From positions 600,001-632,000 of the forward strand of contig JASBSB010000007.1 of NCBI GenBank assembly GCA_030149205.1: a DNA stretch of 32,000 bases. Direction: 5' to 3'. The position numbers and the translations under genes were made by a program. Each line of letters starts with the position of its first letter. Within the stretch, counting starts at the first letter, position 1. The DNA comes from Candidatus Heimdallarchaeota archaeon (lineage in GTDB: Archaea > Asgardarchaeota > Heimdallarchaeia > Heimdallarchaeales > Kariarchaeaceae). The notes beneath the pieces were generated by a model. That model was not told the DNA's origin. It saw only the letters and a program-made list of their open reading frames with translations, and made no database searches. Positions 8,745 to 18,768 of the stretch are shown piece after piece.

Positions 8745-9594
8745 TTCCATCCCTCTTGTTTGCATGTACTGTGTTTTTTAGTAACATAGCAATTGTCATT
8801 GGACCCACACCACCCGGTACAGGTGTTATCTTTCCTGCTATGGGTGCAACCTCATCAAAGTTTACATCACCTGCTAACTTACCATTGACACGGTTTATTC
8901 CTACATCGATAATTACCGCACCTTCTTTAACATGTTCTTTTCCTATGATCCCTGCTTTTCCAACAGCAACGATCAGAATATCTGCATCTTTGGTGTATTT
9001 AGCAATATCGCGAGTTTTGCTATGACAGATTGTGACTGTAGCATTTTCCTCTTCCAAAAGATGTGCGATTGGTCTTCCCACCAGATTGGATCTCCCGATT
9101 ACCACAGCATGCTTCCCTGGTATATCCACATCTGACTGTTTGAGGAGCTCAATTATTCCTTGTGGTGTACAGGGAACAAAGGATCTGTGCCCTGCGAACA
9201 ATCGTCCAAAGTTGTTTACTGTTAATCCATCTACATCTTTTTTTGGAGAGATTAGTTCGAGAGCTCGTTCTTCATTAAGCCCAGAGGGAAGAGGTAATTG
9301 AAGGAGTATTCCATCAACCTCCGTATCATTGTTTAACTTAATAATTGTCTCTTCGAGTGAAGATTGAGAAACATCTGATGGAAGTTTCATAACTCTTGAG
9401 GTGATTCCCACGTTCTTTGCTGCTTTTTCTTTCATCCTCACATAAATCTCTGAAGCTGGGTCGTTACCAACTAGAATTACAGCAAGTGTTGGATGCGATT
9501 GACTGTGCTCTAACTCTGTTCGCAAATCATTCAATATTTTCTGAGAGATCAATTTTCCATCAATGATGTTGTTTTGTTTAACTTCTTGTATCAT
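8737..9594 (-). CDS. folD: methylenetetrahydrofolate dehydrogenase/cyclohydrolase
   Basis: YVRMKEK, DGILLQLPLP, KDVDG, PCTPQG, VIGRSNLVGRP, DVGINR, TPVPGGVGPMT. Confidence 0.97.
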   Translation of the reverse strand: MIQEVKQNNIIDGKLISQKILNDLRTELEHSQSHPTLAVILVGNDPASEIYVRMKEKAAKNVGITSRVMKLPSDVSQSSLEETIIKLNNDTEVDGILLQLPLPSGLNEERALELISPKKDVDGLTVNNFGRLFAGHRSFVPCTPQGIIELLKQSDVDIPGKHAVVIGRSNLVGRPIAHLLEEENATVTICHSKTRDIAKYTKDADILIVAVGKAGIIGKEHVKEGAVIIDVGINRVNGKLAGDVNFDEVAPIAGKITPVPGGVGPMTIAMLLKNTVHANKRDGNV

Positions 9595-10571
9595 TTTTCT
9601 GCCTCCAGTCTGATATCACCTATCTGAATGGAATTTCCCTCCATAACAGTTCCGATTCGGCTTGTACCATGGAATTTTGAAAGTCTCTCTACTATCTCCT
9701 CTGCCTGCTCTCGTGAGACTATTACGATGAACCCATATCCCATGTTAAAGGTTGTAAACATTTTCTCTGGAGAAATTAAACCCTTTGCTTGAATTTGTTG
9801 AAACACCTCTGGGACTTCCCAACTGTCCAGATTATACATGAATTTTCCTAGTCGCAATAAATTTAGATACCCACCTCCAGTTATGTGAGCCATTCCATGT
9901 ATACTTTGTCTTAAATCTGATCTAAGAAGGTCTTTAATTGCTTTAACATAAATCGTAGTTGGTTCCAGTAACTCTGGAAACATTTCGTCTTCTTTGAAAA
10001 GGTTACGAATCAATGTAAAACCATTAGAGTGAACACCAGAGGATCTTAAGCCTAAAATGACATCCCCTTGTTGTATTGTAGCTCCTGTGATGGGCTCTCC
10101 TCCGTCATATCCACCAATAGCAGTACCTGATAAATCATAAAGGTTGTGTGAACCTCGAAGAATATCTGGAAGAATTGCAGTTTCTCCACCTAAAAGTGGA
10201 ATTTCCGACTCTTTACACCCTTGAATTATGCCAGAAAGAATTTGATCAATTTTTTCAGAATCAGGTTCTCTTAGTGCCAAGTAATCCACAAACCCCTTTG
10301 GAATTGATCCAGAGCAAATAAGATCGTTCACATTCATTGCCACACAATCTATACCGATTGTTGCATATGAATTAAATAGTTCAGTTAAGAGAATCTTGGA
10401 ACCGACGCCGTCAGTTGCAATGCTGATAAGTTCATCACCTATAGGGATAGCTCCACAATAAAATCCTGATGGAAGCTTATTTTCTGAATGCTTTTGGGAT
10501 CTGGAAAGAATTTTGCTAACTGCATCATCCTCCCTTTTCCTAGACTCAAAATAGAGGTCAGAGGTGTCCAT
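9591..10571 (-). CDS. purM: phosphoribosylformylglycinamidine cyclo-ligase (AIR synthetase)
   Basis: ATDGVGSK, IGIDCVAMNVNDL, LGGETA, SSGVHSNGF, AHITGGG, TFNMGYG. Confidence 0.96.
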   Translation of the reverse strand: MDTSDLYFESRKREDDAVSKILSRSQKHSENKLPSGFYCGAIPIGDELISIATDGVGSKILLTELFNSYATIGIDCVAMNVNDLICSGSIPKGFVDYLALREPDSEKIDQILSGIIQGCKESEIPLLGGETAILPDILRGSHNLYDLSGTAIGGYDGGEPITGATIQQGDVILGLRSSGVHSNGFTLIRNLFKEDEMFPELLEPTTIYVKAIKDLLRSDLRQSIHGMAHITGGGYLNLLRLGKFMYNLDSWEVPEVFQQIQAKGLISPEKMFTTFNMGYGFIVIVSREQAEEIVERLSKFHGTSRIGTVMEGNSIQIGDIRLEAEK

Positions 10572-10970
10572 CTAATTCTCCTTTACCTTTAATATTCTAA
10601 CAGCAAGATGGGCTGCATTTTGTCCATTATCTATCCCTACAGCTGCCACAGGGACACCTTTTGGCATCTGAGCAATAGAGAGGAGAGCATCTAGTCCTCC
10701 CAGCTTTGATGAAACTGGCACTCCAATCACAGGTTTATCTGTTTTTGAAGCGACTACTCCTGGTAGTGCTGCTGACAGACCTGCGATACAGATAAACACA
10801 TCTGTCTCGACCTGATCCTTAATAATCTGGTCTAATCTGTCTGGTTCTCTATGAGCAGAAGCTACAAATACCTTGTATTCAACTGAGTGCTCATCAAGAA
10901 CACTAATCACCTTATCAATTACATTTTGGTCGCTTTTTGACCCTGCTAATACACACACCTGTCCCTTCAT
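10572..10970 (-). CDS. purE: AIR carboxylase/N5-CAIR mutase PurE
   Basis: [45 protein letters not shown]. Confidence 0.95.
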   Translation of the reverse strand: MKGQVCVLAGSKSDQNVIDKVISVLDEHSVEYKVFVASAHREPDRLDQIIKDQVETDVFICIAGLSAALPGVVASKTDKPVIGVPVSSKLGGLDALLSIAQMPKGVPVAAVGIDNGQNAAHLAVRILKVKEN

Positions 10971-13105
10971 AAATTTAATGCCTCCTTCATAGGCTTATTC
11001 CATGCCTCTTCTAATTCCTTTAGGGTATGGGAGTTGTTGTTATAGATGAAAACCTCCTCTGAGGAGGTTCTTCCTAAATCAACAAAATTAATCTTTAGAT
11101 CCCTCATCTTCCCCTTTAACTCAACTTCTTCTTCTGGTCTTACCTGAATTAAGAAGCGAGGTGCGAATTCTCCAAACTTTTCTTCTACACCCAGATTGAC
11201 AAGAGCTCTGTTAGCCTTGAACCCTACCTTGCTTTCAATTAACCATTTGATTAGAGATACCAAAAGTCCTCCTCTCCCAATATGTCTTGCAGCAGTTAGC
11301 TGAAAGGAGGTTAGAAAACCCATCAGTTTTTGTTCTTCCTCATAGTAAACCTCTAATTTTTTCATATTTGTGGGAGTTGAAACCTGTTTGTGATACTGGC
11401 TTCCAATAAGTTGACCTTTATTACTACCAATTAAGAATATCCGAGAATTAACCGTAGTTAATACTGGTGAAGTTGGTGCTTGATCGCTTATTCCTATAAT
11501 CCCAATAAAGGGACTGGGGAGAATCTTTTTTCTTGCACTCTCTGTCTGTTTTTCATTGTAAAGAGACACATTTCCACCAACCACAGGAATCTTCAGTTGT
11601 TGAGAAAAATTAGCCACCCCTTTAATTGCCTCCACAAACTCCCAATAAGAATCAGGAAAATCTGGATTGCCAAAATTTAATGAATCAACCAAACCTATTG
11701 GTGTTCCACCTCTAGAAACTATCTTATGAAGAATTTCGAGACTTGCCAACTCTGCACCAAGCTTTGGAGATTGATTTACCAGAAATGAATTGGTTCCTGA
11801 GGCTATGGATAAATACTTCCTGTTGGGTAGGAGTAGAACCCCTCCACCATTGAATGGAGAAACCACAGTATTCCCTTGAACGTGTTGATCATATTGGATG
11901 AAAACTTCTTTTCTAGACGCTAGATCGACAGATTGCAACAATGAGAGAGCAATTTGCAGGTCATCACCACCTGAACGACGGTTTGAGTTAAATATTGGTC
12001 TATCGGGTTCTGTCATTGGGCGTGGTGGTTCAGGAAATCCATTTATAACAAAATCCACAGGGAGTTCTGCAACATTTTCCCCATTAAATTCAGCTGTAAA
12101 CAGCTTAGATTCATTAATCTCTCCCACAACACTCCATTCCACCTCAAATTTATCAAGAGATTCTGTTATTTTTTTCAGATTAGCAGGATTAATAATGGCC
12201 AGCATTCTTTCCTGAGATTCTGAAATAAGTCTTTGCCAAGCTTTGATATCATCAATTTGAGTATGTACCTCATTTAAATTCAAGTGAACTCCCTTTCCAC
12301 CTTTCTCAGCCATTTCAACAGCTGCGCAAACCAATCCTCCTCCTCCTAAGTCTTGGAGAGCTGATAAATGTTCACTTATCTCGAGGGTCACATCAATGAG
12401 CTTCTTCTCTGTTAAGGGGTCTCCTATCTGTACAGATCCTCTTTGTTCCAATGTGTTGTTGGAGTCCGAAAACACCTCTGAGGCAAAAGTTACACCACCA
12501 ATCCCATCTAACCCAGTCTTACCCCCATATAGAACCAAAATGTCCCCCGAATTTTTGGCAACTGACCTGATTATTTTGTCTTTATCAACAACACCCACAC
12601 ACATGGCATTTACAAGTGGGTTTTCTTCGAAATTCTCATCAAATTCTAGGTCTCCTCCTAAATTAGGAACCCCAACACAGTTCCCATATGATGATATTCC
12701 AAGTATTACCTGATCTAACAGAAGTTTCTGTCTGTTTTGAAATGGAAGTCCAAACCTCAGATTGTCTAAGATAGCTATGGGTCTGCAACCCTGACTTAAA
12801 ATATCTCTGATTATACCTCCAACCCCAGTGCTTGCCCCATTAAAGGGATCTACAGCAGATGGATGATTATGGCTCTCTAACCCAAGCCCCACAAGAAGAT
12901 CTTCTCCGACATCAATCAACCCAGCACCTTCCCCAATTCCCAATGCCACCCTTTCACTCTCTGTATAAAAAAGATGGAACCACCTCTTACTCGATTTGTA
13001 AGAGCAATGTTCACTCCACAAAGCATCAAAGGTTGAAAACTCCTCTATGGTGGGGTCTCTACCTAAAGTCTTCTTAATCTTTGTTATTTCAGGTTCAGTT
13101 AACAT
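10967..13105 (-). CDS. purL: FGAM synthase subunit PurL (small type)
   Basis: [54 protein letters not shown]. Confidence 0.97.
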   Translation of the reverse strand: MLTEPEITKIKKTLGRDPTIEEFSTFDALWSEHCSYKSSKRWFHLFYTESERVALGIGEGAGLIDVGEDLLVGLGLESHNHPSAVDPFNGASTGVGGIIRDILSQGCRPIAILDNLRFGLPFQNRQKLLLDQVILGISSYGNCVGVPNLGGDLEFDENFEENPLVNAMCVGVVDKDKIIRSVAKNSGDILVLYGGKTGLDGIGGVTFASEVFSDSNNTLEQRGSVQIGDPLTEKKLIDVTLEISEHLSALQDLGGGGLVCAAVEMAEKGGKGVHLNLNEVHTQIDDIKAWQRLISESQERMLAIINPANLKKITESLDKFEVEWSVVGEINESKLFTAEFNGENVAELPVDFVINGFPEPPRPMTEPDRPIFNSNRRSGGDDLQIALSLLQSVDLASRKEVFIQYDQHVQGNTVVSPFNGGGVLLLPNRKYLSIASGTNSFLVNQSPKLGAELASLEILHKIVSRGGTPIGLVDSLNFGNPDFPDSYWEFVEAIKGVANFSQQLKIPVVGGNVSLYNEKQTESARKKILPSPFIGIIGISDQAPTSPVLTTVNSRIFLIGSNKGQLIGSQYHKQVSTPTNMKKLEVYYEEEQKLMGFLTSFQLTAARHIGRGGLLVSLIKWLIESKVGFKANRALVNLGVEEKFGEFAPRFLIQVRPEEEVELKGKMRDLKINFVDLGRTSSEEVFIYNNNSHTLKELEEAWNKPMKEALNL

Positions 13106-13758
13106 TTAATTGCCTCCACAAATACTTTTAATATTTTTCTGCCATCTGTAGATCCCTGATGCTTGAAAAAAGCTCTTTCTGGATGTGGCATCATACCTGC
13201 CACTGAATTTTTGACCATCCCTGCGATGTTATCGAGTGACCCATTGGGGTTTGAATCTTCTGTATCTCGTCCATCAATGTCACTATATCTGGCTAATACT
13301 CCATCAGGTCGAGTGGTATTCCAATAATTTCCCTCAAAATGAGCGATTGGAATTCTCATAACTTGATTAAAAAGGTCTCCAAATAGCTTATCATCAGATA
13401 TCTTGATGTTGATAAATTTACTAACAAACCTCGTATGCCTGTTAGGTAATAATGCCCCAGGTAAAAGACCTGCTTCAGTCAATATCTGAAAACCATTACA
13501 TATACCGAAAACTAGCTTCCCAGATAAAGTTTCATCCCTTAAGAGTTGAACAGTTTCTGTTGTCTTTGCTATTGCACCAGCCCTGAGTATATCCCCAAAG
13601 CTAAATCCACCCGGTATAACAAATGCATCCTGATCATTGATTCTCTGTAAATCTTTATATTCAATTAGATTTGCAGAAACCCCCTCAAAATTGTTTAAGG
13701 CACGCAATGTTTCATGCTCATTGTTGGTGCCTGGAAAGCGAAAAACTCCAATTTCCAA
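13099..13758 (-). CDS. purQ: FGAM synthase glutaminase subunit PurQ
   Basis: RFPGTNNEHET, PGGFSFGDILRAGAI, GICNGFQILTE (catalytic Cys), NPNGS, MMPHPER. Confidence 0.97.
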   Translation of the reverse strand: MEIGVFRFPGTNNEHETLRALNNFEGVSANLIEYKDLQRINDQDAFVIPGGFSFGDILRAGAIAKTTETVQLLRDETLSGKLVFGICNGFQILTEAGLLPGALLPNRHTRFVSKFINIKISDDKLFGDLFNQVMRIPIAHFEGNYWNTTRPDGVLARYSDIDGRDTEDSNPNGSLDNIAGMVKNSVAGMMPHPERAFFKHQGSTDGRKILKVFVEAIKC

Positions 13759-13763
13759 TTATC

Positions 13764-14762
13764 TCACCGAATCTGGATTTTGAAGACCTCAATTAGAGGA
13801 TTGGTCAGCAATTCATTATTGACCTTGTGAAATTCTTCCTTCCAATTTCTTGATTCAAGGTTTTCTTGAAAACTTATCTGAATGAATTTACCTAACCTTA
13901 CAGATTGGGTATTTATTCCAAAATTTTCAATGGCTCTTTTAACCACGTTCCCTCCAGGATTAGGGATACCCTCTTTAGGTGTTATGATAATATTCACATT
14001 CAATGGTTCTCTCAGTGGTTCAAACTCTATTTCTGATAGTCTCTTCTCTAAGGTTCTGTACCCTTCAAGGACGTCTCCCAAGTCTTTTCGAAACACGTCT
14101 TTATCGAGTTTTTGTCTGGTCTCTTTATCCCAAACTCTCATTGAATCTCCTGAAAGCTCATCAGCTAACCAGATTAATCCATTTTTGTCCCTCCCAAACT
14201 CCAATTTAAAATCCACCAAAATCAAACCCGCTTTGTCAAAATTGTGTTTGAGAACCTTGTTTACTCTGTGTGCGTATGCCTTAACTAACCCTAGTTCAAA
14301 TTCTTCTATGTAACCCAATGAAACAGCTACAGATTCAGAGATCAATGGGTCATGTAATTCATCATCTTTCACGAAGATTTCCAGCAAAGGCTTTTTGAGC
14401 TCTTCACCCTCAGGTATTCCATATCGTCTGCAAATACTTCCTGCAAGTGTGTTTCTGATTACCACTTCAACAGGGAAAATTTTTAGAGGTCTTACTAAGA
14501 AAGTAATATCATCCTCTTTTTTTAGAATATGTGTTGGGATCCCTGAGGATGTCAATAAGTTAAACAAGATTTCTGTCATTCTAGCGTTGAGAGCCCCCTT
14601 ACCATTGAGATTGTCCTTTTTAGCACCATCTCCAGCAGTGATATCGTCTCTAAAAATCATTTTAGCTGTTTCAGAATTCAATATTTCAAGTGTTTTAACC
14701 TTTCCTGAGTAGCTTTTTTCCTCATTTTCCTGTCTCATCATTTGATAAGTTATTGCACTCAA
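13764..14762 (-). CDS. purC: SAICAR synthetase fused to C-terminal PurS
   Basis: PurC motifs YSGKVK, FRDDITAGDG, EVVIRN, KDDELHDP, VDFKLEFG, LADELSGDSMRVWD, DKDVFR. Residues ~252-332 (13764-14009) match PurS (ITPKEGIPNPGG...VRLGKFI...LLTNPLIE). The start may be a downstream ATG. Confidence 0.92.
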   Translation of the reverse strand: MSAITYQMMRQENEEKSYSGKVKTLEILNSETAKMIFRDDITAGDGAKKDNLNGKGALNARMTEILFNLLTSSGIPTHILKKEDDITFLVRPLKIFPVEVVIRNTLAGSICRRYGIPEGEELKKPLLEIFVKDDELHDPLISESVAVSLGYIEEFELGLVKAYAHRVNKVLKHNFDKAGLILVDFKLEFGRDKNGLIWLADELSGDSMRVWDKETRQKLDKDVFRKDLGDVLEGYRTLEKRLSEIEFEPLREPLNVNIIITPKEGIPNPGGNVVKRAIENFGINTQSVRLGKFIQISFQENLESRNWKEEFHKVNNELLTNPLIEVFKIQIR

Positions 14763-15029
14763 TTTAGTTTAATAAAACTAATGTTCAAACCAAAACTCTG
14801 TCAAAAAATTACATATTATTGTAAATATGTGACTATAATAATTATATTTTTATCAAATACTCAAATTATTTTACAAATTTATGCAACTAATTTCTGGAGT
14901 ATAGATTTTTGAATTGACCAAATATGCTTTTCTTGTTAATTTTAGATAAATTTAGATGACTCTCCTTAAATTTTGCTGAAATCTATTTATCGGTAGATTG
15001 TTAAGCGGTCTCTTTTAATATGATTACAA

Positions 15030-15872
15030 GTGACACATAAAGTTGTACTAACTGTCGACCTTGACCGAGATTACCCCATTGAATCCATGGGTAAGATGAG
15101 TGCACATTCTGCGGTCTCTCAAGATACAGACTTAGACCCTGAAATTAGAGGAACGATGGCAGGAACTTCATTGGTTTTGGATTACCTTTCAAAGCTAAAA
15201 ATACCCTGTATATTTTTTATAGAAGCATCAGTCTTGAAGAAAATGGGGGAAACTGAACTGGTTGAAAGATTATTGCCATATGAGATTGGGTCGCATGGGG
15301 TATCCCATGAAGATTTTACTGGAGAGCTTTCAGGTTATATACCCACAAGTGATGAGATCACAACTACACTGAAGACTTCAATTCAAATCATTTCAAAGTT
15401 TCTAAAAACTCCAAGAGGGTTTCGAGCTCCCTTTTTAAATGTGGATTCAAGAGTCATGAAACGGGTTGAAAACTTGTTCGAATACGACTCAAGTGTTACA
15501 ATTAAGCAGATTCAATCCTATTCCAATGTATCCATCGATAAGGAATTTGACTGGATAAACATTCCAGAGTTGTTTCTGAGCACAACAAATGACAAAAGAG
15601 ACAAACCAATTTCTGGATATCTTTGGCAGTTGTTCGAAGGAAGCAGAACTGAGGAAGACTATCTTTTTATGTTAGATCGGTGCTTTAGAATCAATAAACT
15701 AACGTACACAACTCTAGCTTTTCATCCCTGGCATCTGAGTATTAATACAAAAGAGAGAAGGTACCTAACAAAGCAGGAGGTTCATAACAACTTCAGAAAG
15801 TTATATAATTTACTTGACAAAGTACAGTCTTCTTTTGAGTTTGTAGGTGTTGAAGATATTTTGAGTCTATAA
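15030..15872 (+). CDS. polysaccharide deacetylase family (NodB homology) protein
   Basis: LTVDLDRD, CIFFI, EIGSHGVSHE, GFRAP, FEYDSS, FHPW. Confidence 0.88.
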   Translation: MTHKVVLTVDLDRDYPIESMGKMSAHSAVSQDTDLDPEIRGTMAGTSLVLDYLSKLKIPCIFFIEASVLKKMGETELVERLLPYEIGSHGVSHEDFTGELSGYIPTSDEITTTLKTSIQIISKFLKTPRGFRAPFLNVDSRVMKRVENLFEYDSSVTIKQIQSYSNVSIDKEFDWINIPELFLSTTNDKRDKPISGYLWQLFEGSRTEEDYLFMLDRCFRINKLTYTTLAFHPWHLSINTKERRYLTKQEVHNNFRKLYNLLDKVQSSFEFVGVEDILSL

Positions 15873-15934
15873 GTGCAGAAATAAGAAAGATTTATCTTTG
15901 TGAGACAGCAAAAATTTATGTACATACTTAAAGA

Positions 15935-16594
15935 GTGAACTTTATGCCCACAAAAGATGTTAGGTTAGATGACTTGGACTCTGATGTGTTAATGAATGAG
16001 ACTATTGCTGCACTCAAAAAAAATAATCTCAAACCTAAACTAACATTAAAGGAAGATCGAACTCTTAGGTTCACTGTCTCAAACTCTGTTGCATCAACTG
16101 GGCTATTAATGGAGAGACCGAGGGCTCGTCCGCTATTTGTTGAGATTTCAACAGGAAAATCCTATGATGTTAACCCAAGCTACCAAGTTGTTAGAAAAGA
16201 AAAATCTAGAGATGGTCGAAGCAATAATAATCTCTTTTGGATAGTAATTATTGCACTGTTTTTTTTGGGGGCAATAATTTGGTTTGTCTCATTGACTATC
16301 CAATTAATTCTACAAACAGTACCATGGTTTCAAGCTCAATTGCCTTGGATTGCAGGAGGAATCGGCTCACTTTTGGTAATATTTGCCGGATTTAAAATCT
16401 ACAAGCGAAATGCAGAAAAGTACATGGAAATTAATGTGCTTGAAATTGTGTATAATCATCTTAAATCCTTAAATTTAGGTAAATCAGAGAAAAAAACACC
16501 TAGAAAGTGTTGGAACTGTTTTGCCGAATTGCAGCCAGATGAAAGGTTCTGTTCAAATTGTGGTCAAGATCAAATTGGTGAAAAGCTTAACTAA
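15935..16594 (+). CDS. two-TM membrane protein with C-terminal zinc ribbon
   Basis: Two hydrophobic helices (LFWIVIIALFFLGAIIWFVSL; WIAGGIGSLLVIFAGF) and CWNC-x10-CSNC at the C-terminus. The start may be ATG 15944. Confidence 0.8.
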   Translation: MNFMPTKDVRLDDLDSDVLMNETIAALKKNNLKPKLTLKEDRTLRFTVSNSVASTGLLMERPRARPLFVEISTGKSYDVNPSYQVVRKEKSRDGRSNNNLFWIVIIALFFLGAIIWFVSLTIQLILQTVPWFQAQLPWIAGGIGSLLVIFAGFKIYKRNAEKYMEINVLEIVYNHLKSLNLGKSEKKTPRKCWNCFAELQPDERFCSNCGQDQIGEKLN

Positions 16595-16611
16595 CCGGTG
16601 TAGTGTTACTG

Positions 16612-17895
16612 ATGTCTGAATCAAACCACAACTTGAAATCATACTACGTATTCTGGTTCGGACAATTAACTTCGATACTAGGGTCAGCAATTGTGCAATT
16701 TGTGATAATTTGGTGGATCACTCTAACAACCCAAAGTGCATTCTATCTAGGATTAGCTGCCTTTCTTGGTTTTGGTTCAATGATGTTAATTATCCCGTTT
16801 GCAGGTGTACTTGTAGATAGGTGGTCAAGAAAACTTGTTCTAGCCATATCCGACACATTACAGGCGATTTTCTCACTTTGGCTTATTTTTCTATTCTACA
16901 CGAACACAGCTGATATAACCTCTGTACTGGTAATTCTGACAATACGTGGGTTTCTAGAGGGATTTCACACACCAGCGTTTGAGGCTATTATTCCAGTGCT
17001 TGTTCCTGAAGAGAAACTTCGGGAGATCAACGGTCTTAGTTATTTTGCTAATGGACTCATCAACGTTTTTGGTCCAGTATTAGGGGCAGTCCTTCTAGAC
17101 TATTTTGGAATACAGAACATTGGGCACATCATCTGGATAGACATGATCACCTTTCTTATTGCGGTGATTCCTCTGTTTTTTATTACAATTCCATCAGTAA
17201 GGTCAAAAGAAGATCGAGAGCCATTTTTTACTGAATTAAAAGGAGGTATCCAATTCATAAGGAACAGTAATGGGTTACTTTCACTTTTAAGCGTGTTTAC
17301 AACTGTAAATTTCTTTACCACCCCCGTGTTTGTGCTTTTACCCTTAATTATAAATTCACCAAGTTATTTTAACTCCTCCCAAAATCTTCTTGGATATGTT
17401 TTGGCAGTAAGTCAGATAGGGGTTATCATTGGCTCATTGTATATGACCAGATTTCAACCATTCAAGAAACATGTTAAAGGAGTGATCCTTGGGGTCTTTT
17501 TTATGTACCTTTCCTCAATCCTTCTATCAATAAGTGCAATCGATAAATTGGTTTGGCTACTCTATGCCTCTTCGATAATTACAGGACTATCTCTCCCTGT
17601 TTCAAATGTTTCTTCTCAAACCATCTGGCAAAAAGTGGTTCCATTAGATAAGCAAGCAAGAGTGTATTCTGTTAGATTAGTAATTGCACAGGGGCTTGGA
17701 GCGATTTCTATGCTTCTATCAGGTATTCTAGCGGGAATATTTGATCCCATCTCGGTTATTTTCTATGGAGCGATTGCTGGAGCAATTATATTGACATACA
17801 GTGTTTTTAGGACAAACCTTTTGCATGTGGAACAAAACATCAATCAAAATACACGGGAATCTATCATAAATCCCTCTCAACTATCATCAGATTAA
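16612..17895 (+). CDS. MFS transporter (DHA3/MefA-like efflux type)
   Basis: WFGQLTSILGS, motif A AGVLVDRWSRK, about 12 hydrophobic segments. ATG 16612 is preferred over GTG 16603 because GGTG lies at 16597-16600. Confidence 0.93.
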   Translation: MSESNHNLKSYYVFWFGQLTSILGSAIVQFVIIWWITLTTQSAFYLGLAAFLGFGSMMLIIPFAGVLVDRWSRKLVLAISDTLQAIFSLWLIFLFYTNTADITSVLVILTIRGFLEGFHTPAFEAIIPVLVPEEKLREINGLSYFANGLINVFGPVLGAVLLDYFGIQNIGHIIWIDMITFLIAVIPLFFITIPSVRSKEDREPFFTELKGGIQFIRNSNGLLSLLSVFTTVNFFTTPVFVLLPLIINSPSYFNSSQNLLGYVLAVSQIGVIIGSLYMTRFQPFKKHVKGVILGVFFMYLSSILLSISAIDKLVWLLYASSIITGLSLPVSNVSSQTIWQKVVPLDKQARVYSVRLVIAQGLGAISMLLSGILAGIFDPISVIFYGAIAGAIILTYSVFRTNLLHVEQNINQNTRESIINPSQLSSD

Positions 17896-18164
17896 ACAAT
17901 AATTTCCAGTAAATTTCTTTGTTTGCATTCAGTTAGCACAAATTAAATTATTGTTAATGTATTGTTTCATGGATATGACCATGGAATAATATTAAATGAC
18001 CAAAAAATCAATTTTAGTCAATGGTTAATTTAAATGATCAATTCATGAAATATGATTGTAGAATTTAATTTCTTTCATCCTTTAGTGAAAAAATAACACA
18101 ATTTGATAAATCAAACGTTTTTGAAGGATTTAAAGGAGAAGTTGACTCTACTCTTGCAGGTCTA

Positions 18165-18746
18165 ATGGCTGCTGCACTGGTTGCTTATAAAAACACGAAC
18201 CTTGAGGAACTTTATAAAACCAGTTTACAATTCACATTTAGGTTTAATGCAATTAGCAATGGTGCAAAATTAGACCCACTTGCAAATTCAGAATCAGGGT
18301 ATGAAATCGCCTATGAAGTTGAGTACAGGACAAATTATGTCTGGAGTGTTCCGTATTATGCTGAAAATATTCTATGGATAAATATGGATAACCCTAATTG
18401 CAATTGGTATTTTTTCTTAGGAAGTGGGTTAAATGCAATAATTCATATTTTAACTAAAATGGCAGTGCTTGCAGCAACTGGAACAATTCCTACAATTGGT
18501 GCTGTAATTTTCTTATATGCACTTACAATTTGGTCCACAACATTCCATAGGATTCGGGGAGATTGCAAATTTGGTATATCAGGGCAACTCCTTCCTATAC
18601 CTGCTAATACCTTATGGTTTGATTATGGTAATGACGGATATGGACAGAATAACATGTATGGGGTTCCTATACCTGGGTTAGCGGGTGTTACTTTGTTTTA
18701 TGCATTAAATTTAGGTAGCCCTCATTGGACTCCAATTGTCCCGTAA
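18165..18746 (+). CDS. hypothetical protein with hydrophobic Gly/Pro-rich C-terminal half
   Basis: 193-aa ORF with no family I recognise. The frame stays open upstream to 18069. Confidence 0.65.
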   Translation: MAAALVAYKNTNLEELYKTSLQFTFRFNAISNGAKLDPLANSESGYEIAYEVEYRTNYVWSVPYYAENILWINMDNPNCNWYFFLGSGLNAIIHILTKMAVLAATGTIPTIGAVIFLYALTIWSTTFHRIRGDCKFGISGQLLPIPANTLWFDYGNDGYGQNNMYGVPIPGLAGVTLFYALNLGSPHWTPIVP

Positions 18747-18768
18747 TCACACTCTTTAAGAAGAGTCT

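Noticed and set aside
2575-9594. Functional link between the aGPT-Pplase and folD/purN (one-carbon supply for base modification)
   Set aside because: Opposite strands and separate transcription units; folD is fully explained by purN.
180-14712. Many 60-143-aa ORFs nested in or antisense to the protease, TPR and pur genes
   Set aside because: No motifs, and they fully overlap well-supported genes; expected shadow ORFs. The same applies to the nested ORFs beyond 17 kb.
14763-15029. Purine/ZTP riboswitch or ncRNA upstream of the pur operon
   Set aside because: Very AT-rich with no stable GC-paired stems or recognisable aptamer motifs.
18066-18068. Stop-codon recoding (Sec/Pyl) at the in-frame stop
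   Set aside because: The codon is TAA, not TGA or TAG, and no SECIS-like hairpin is evident.
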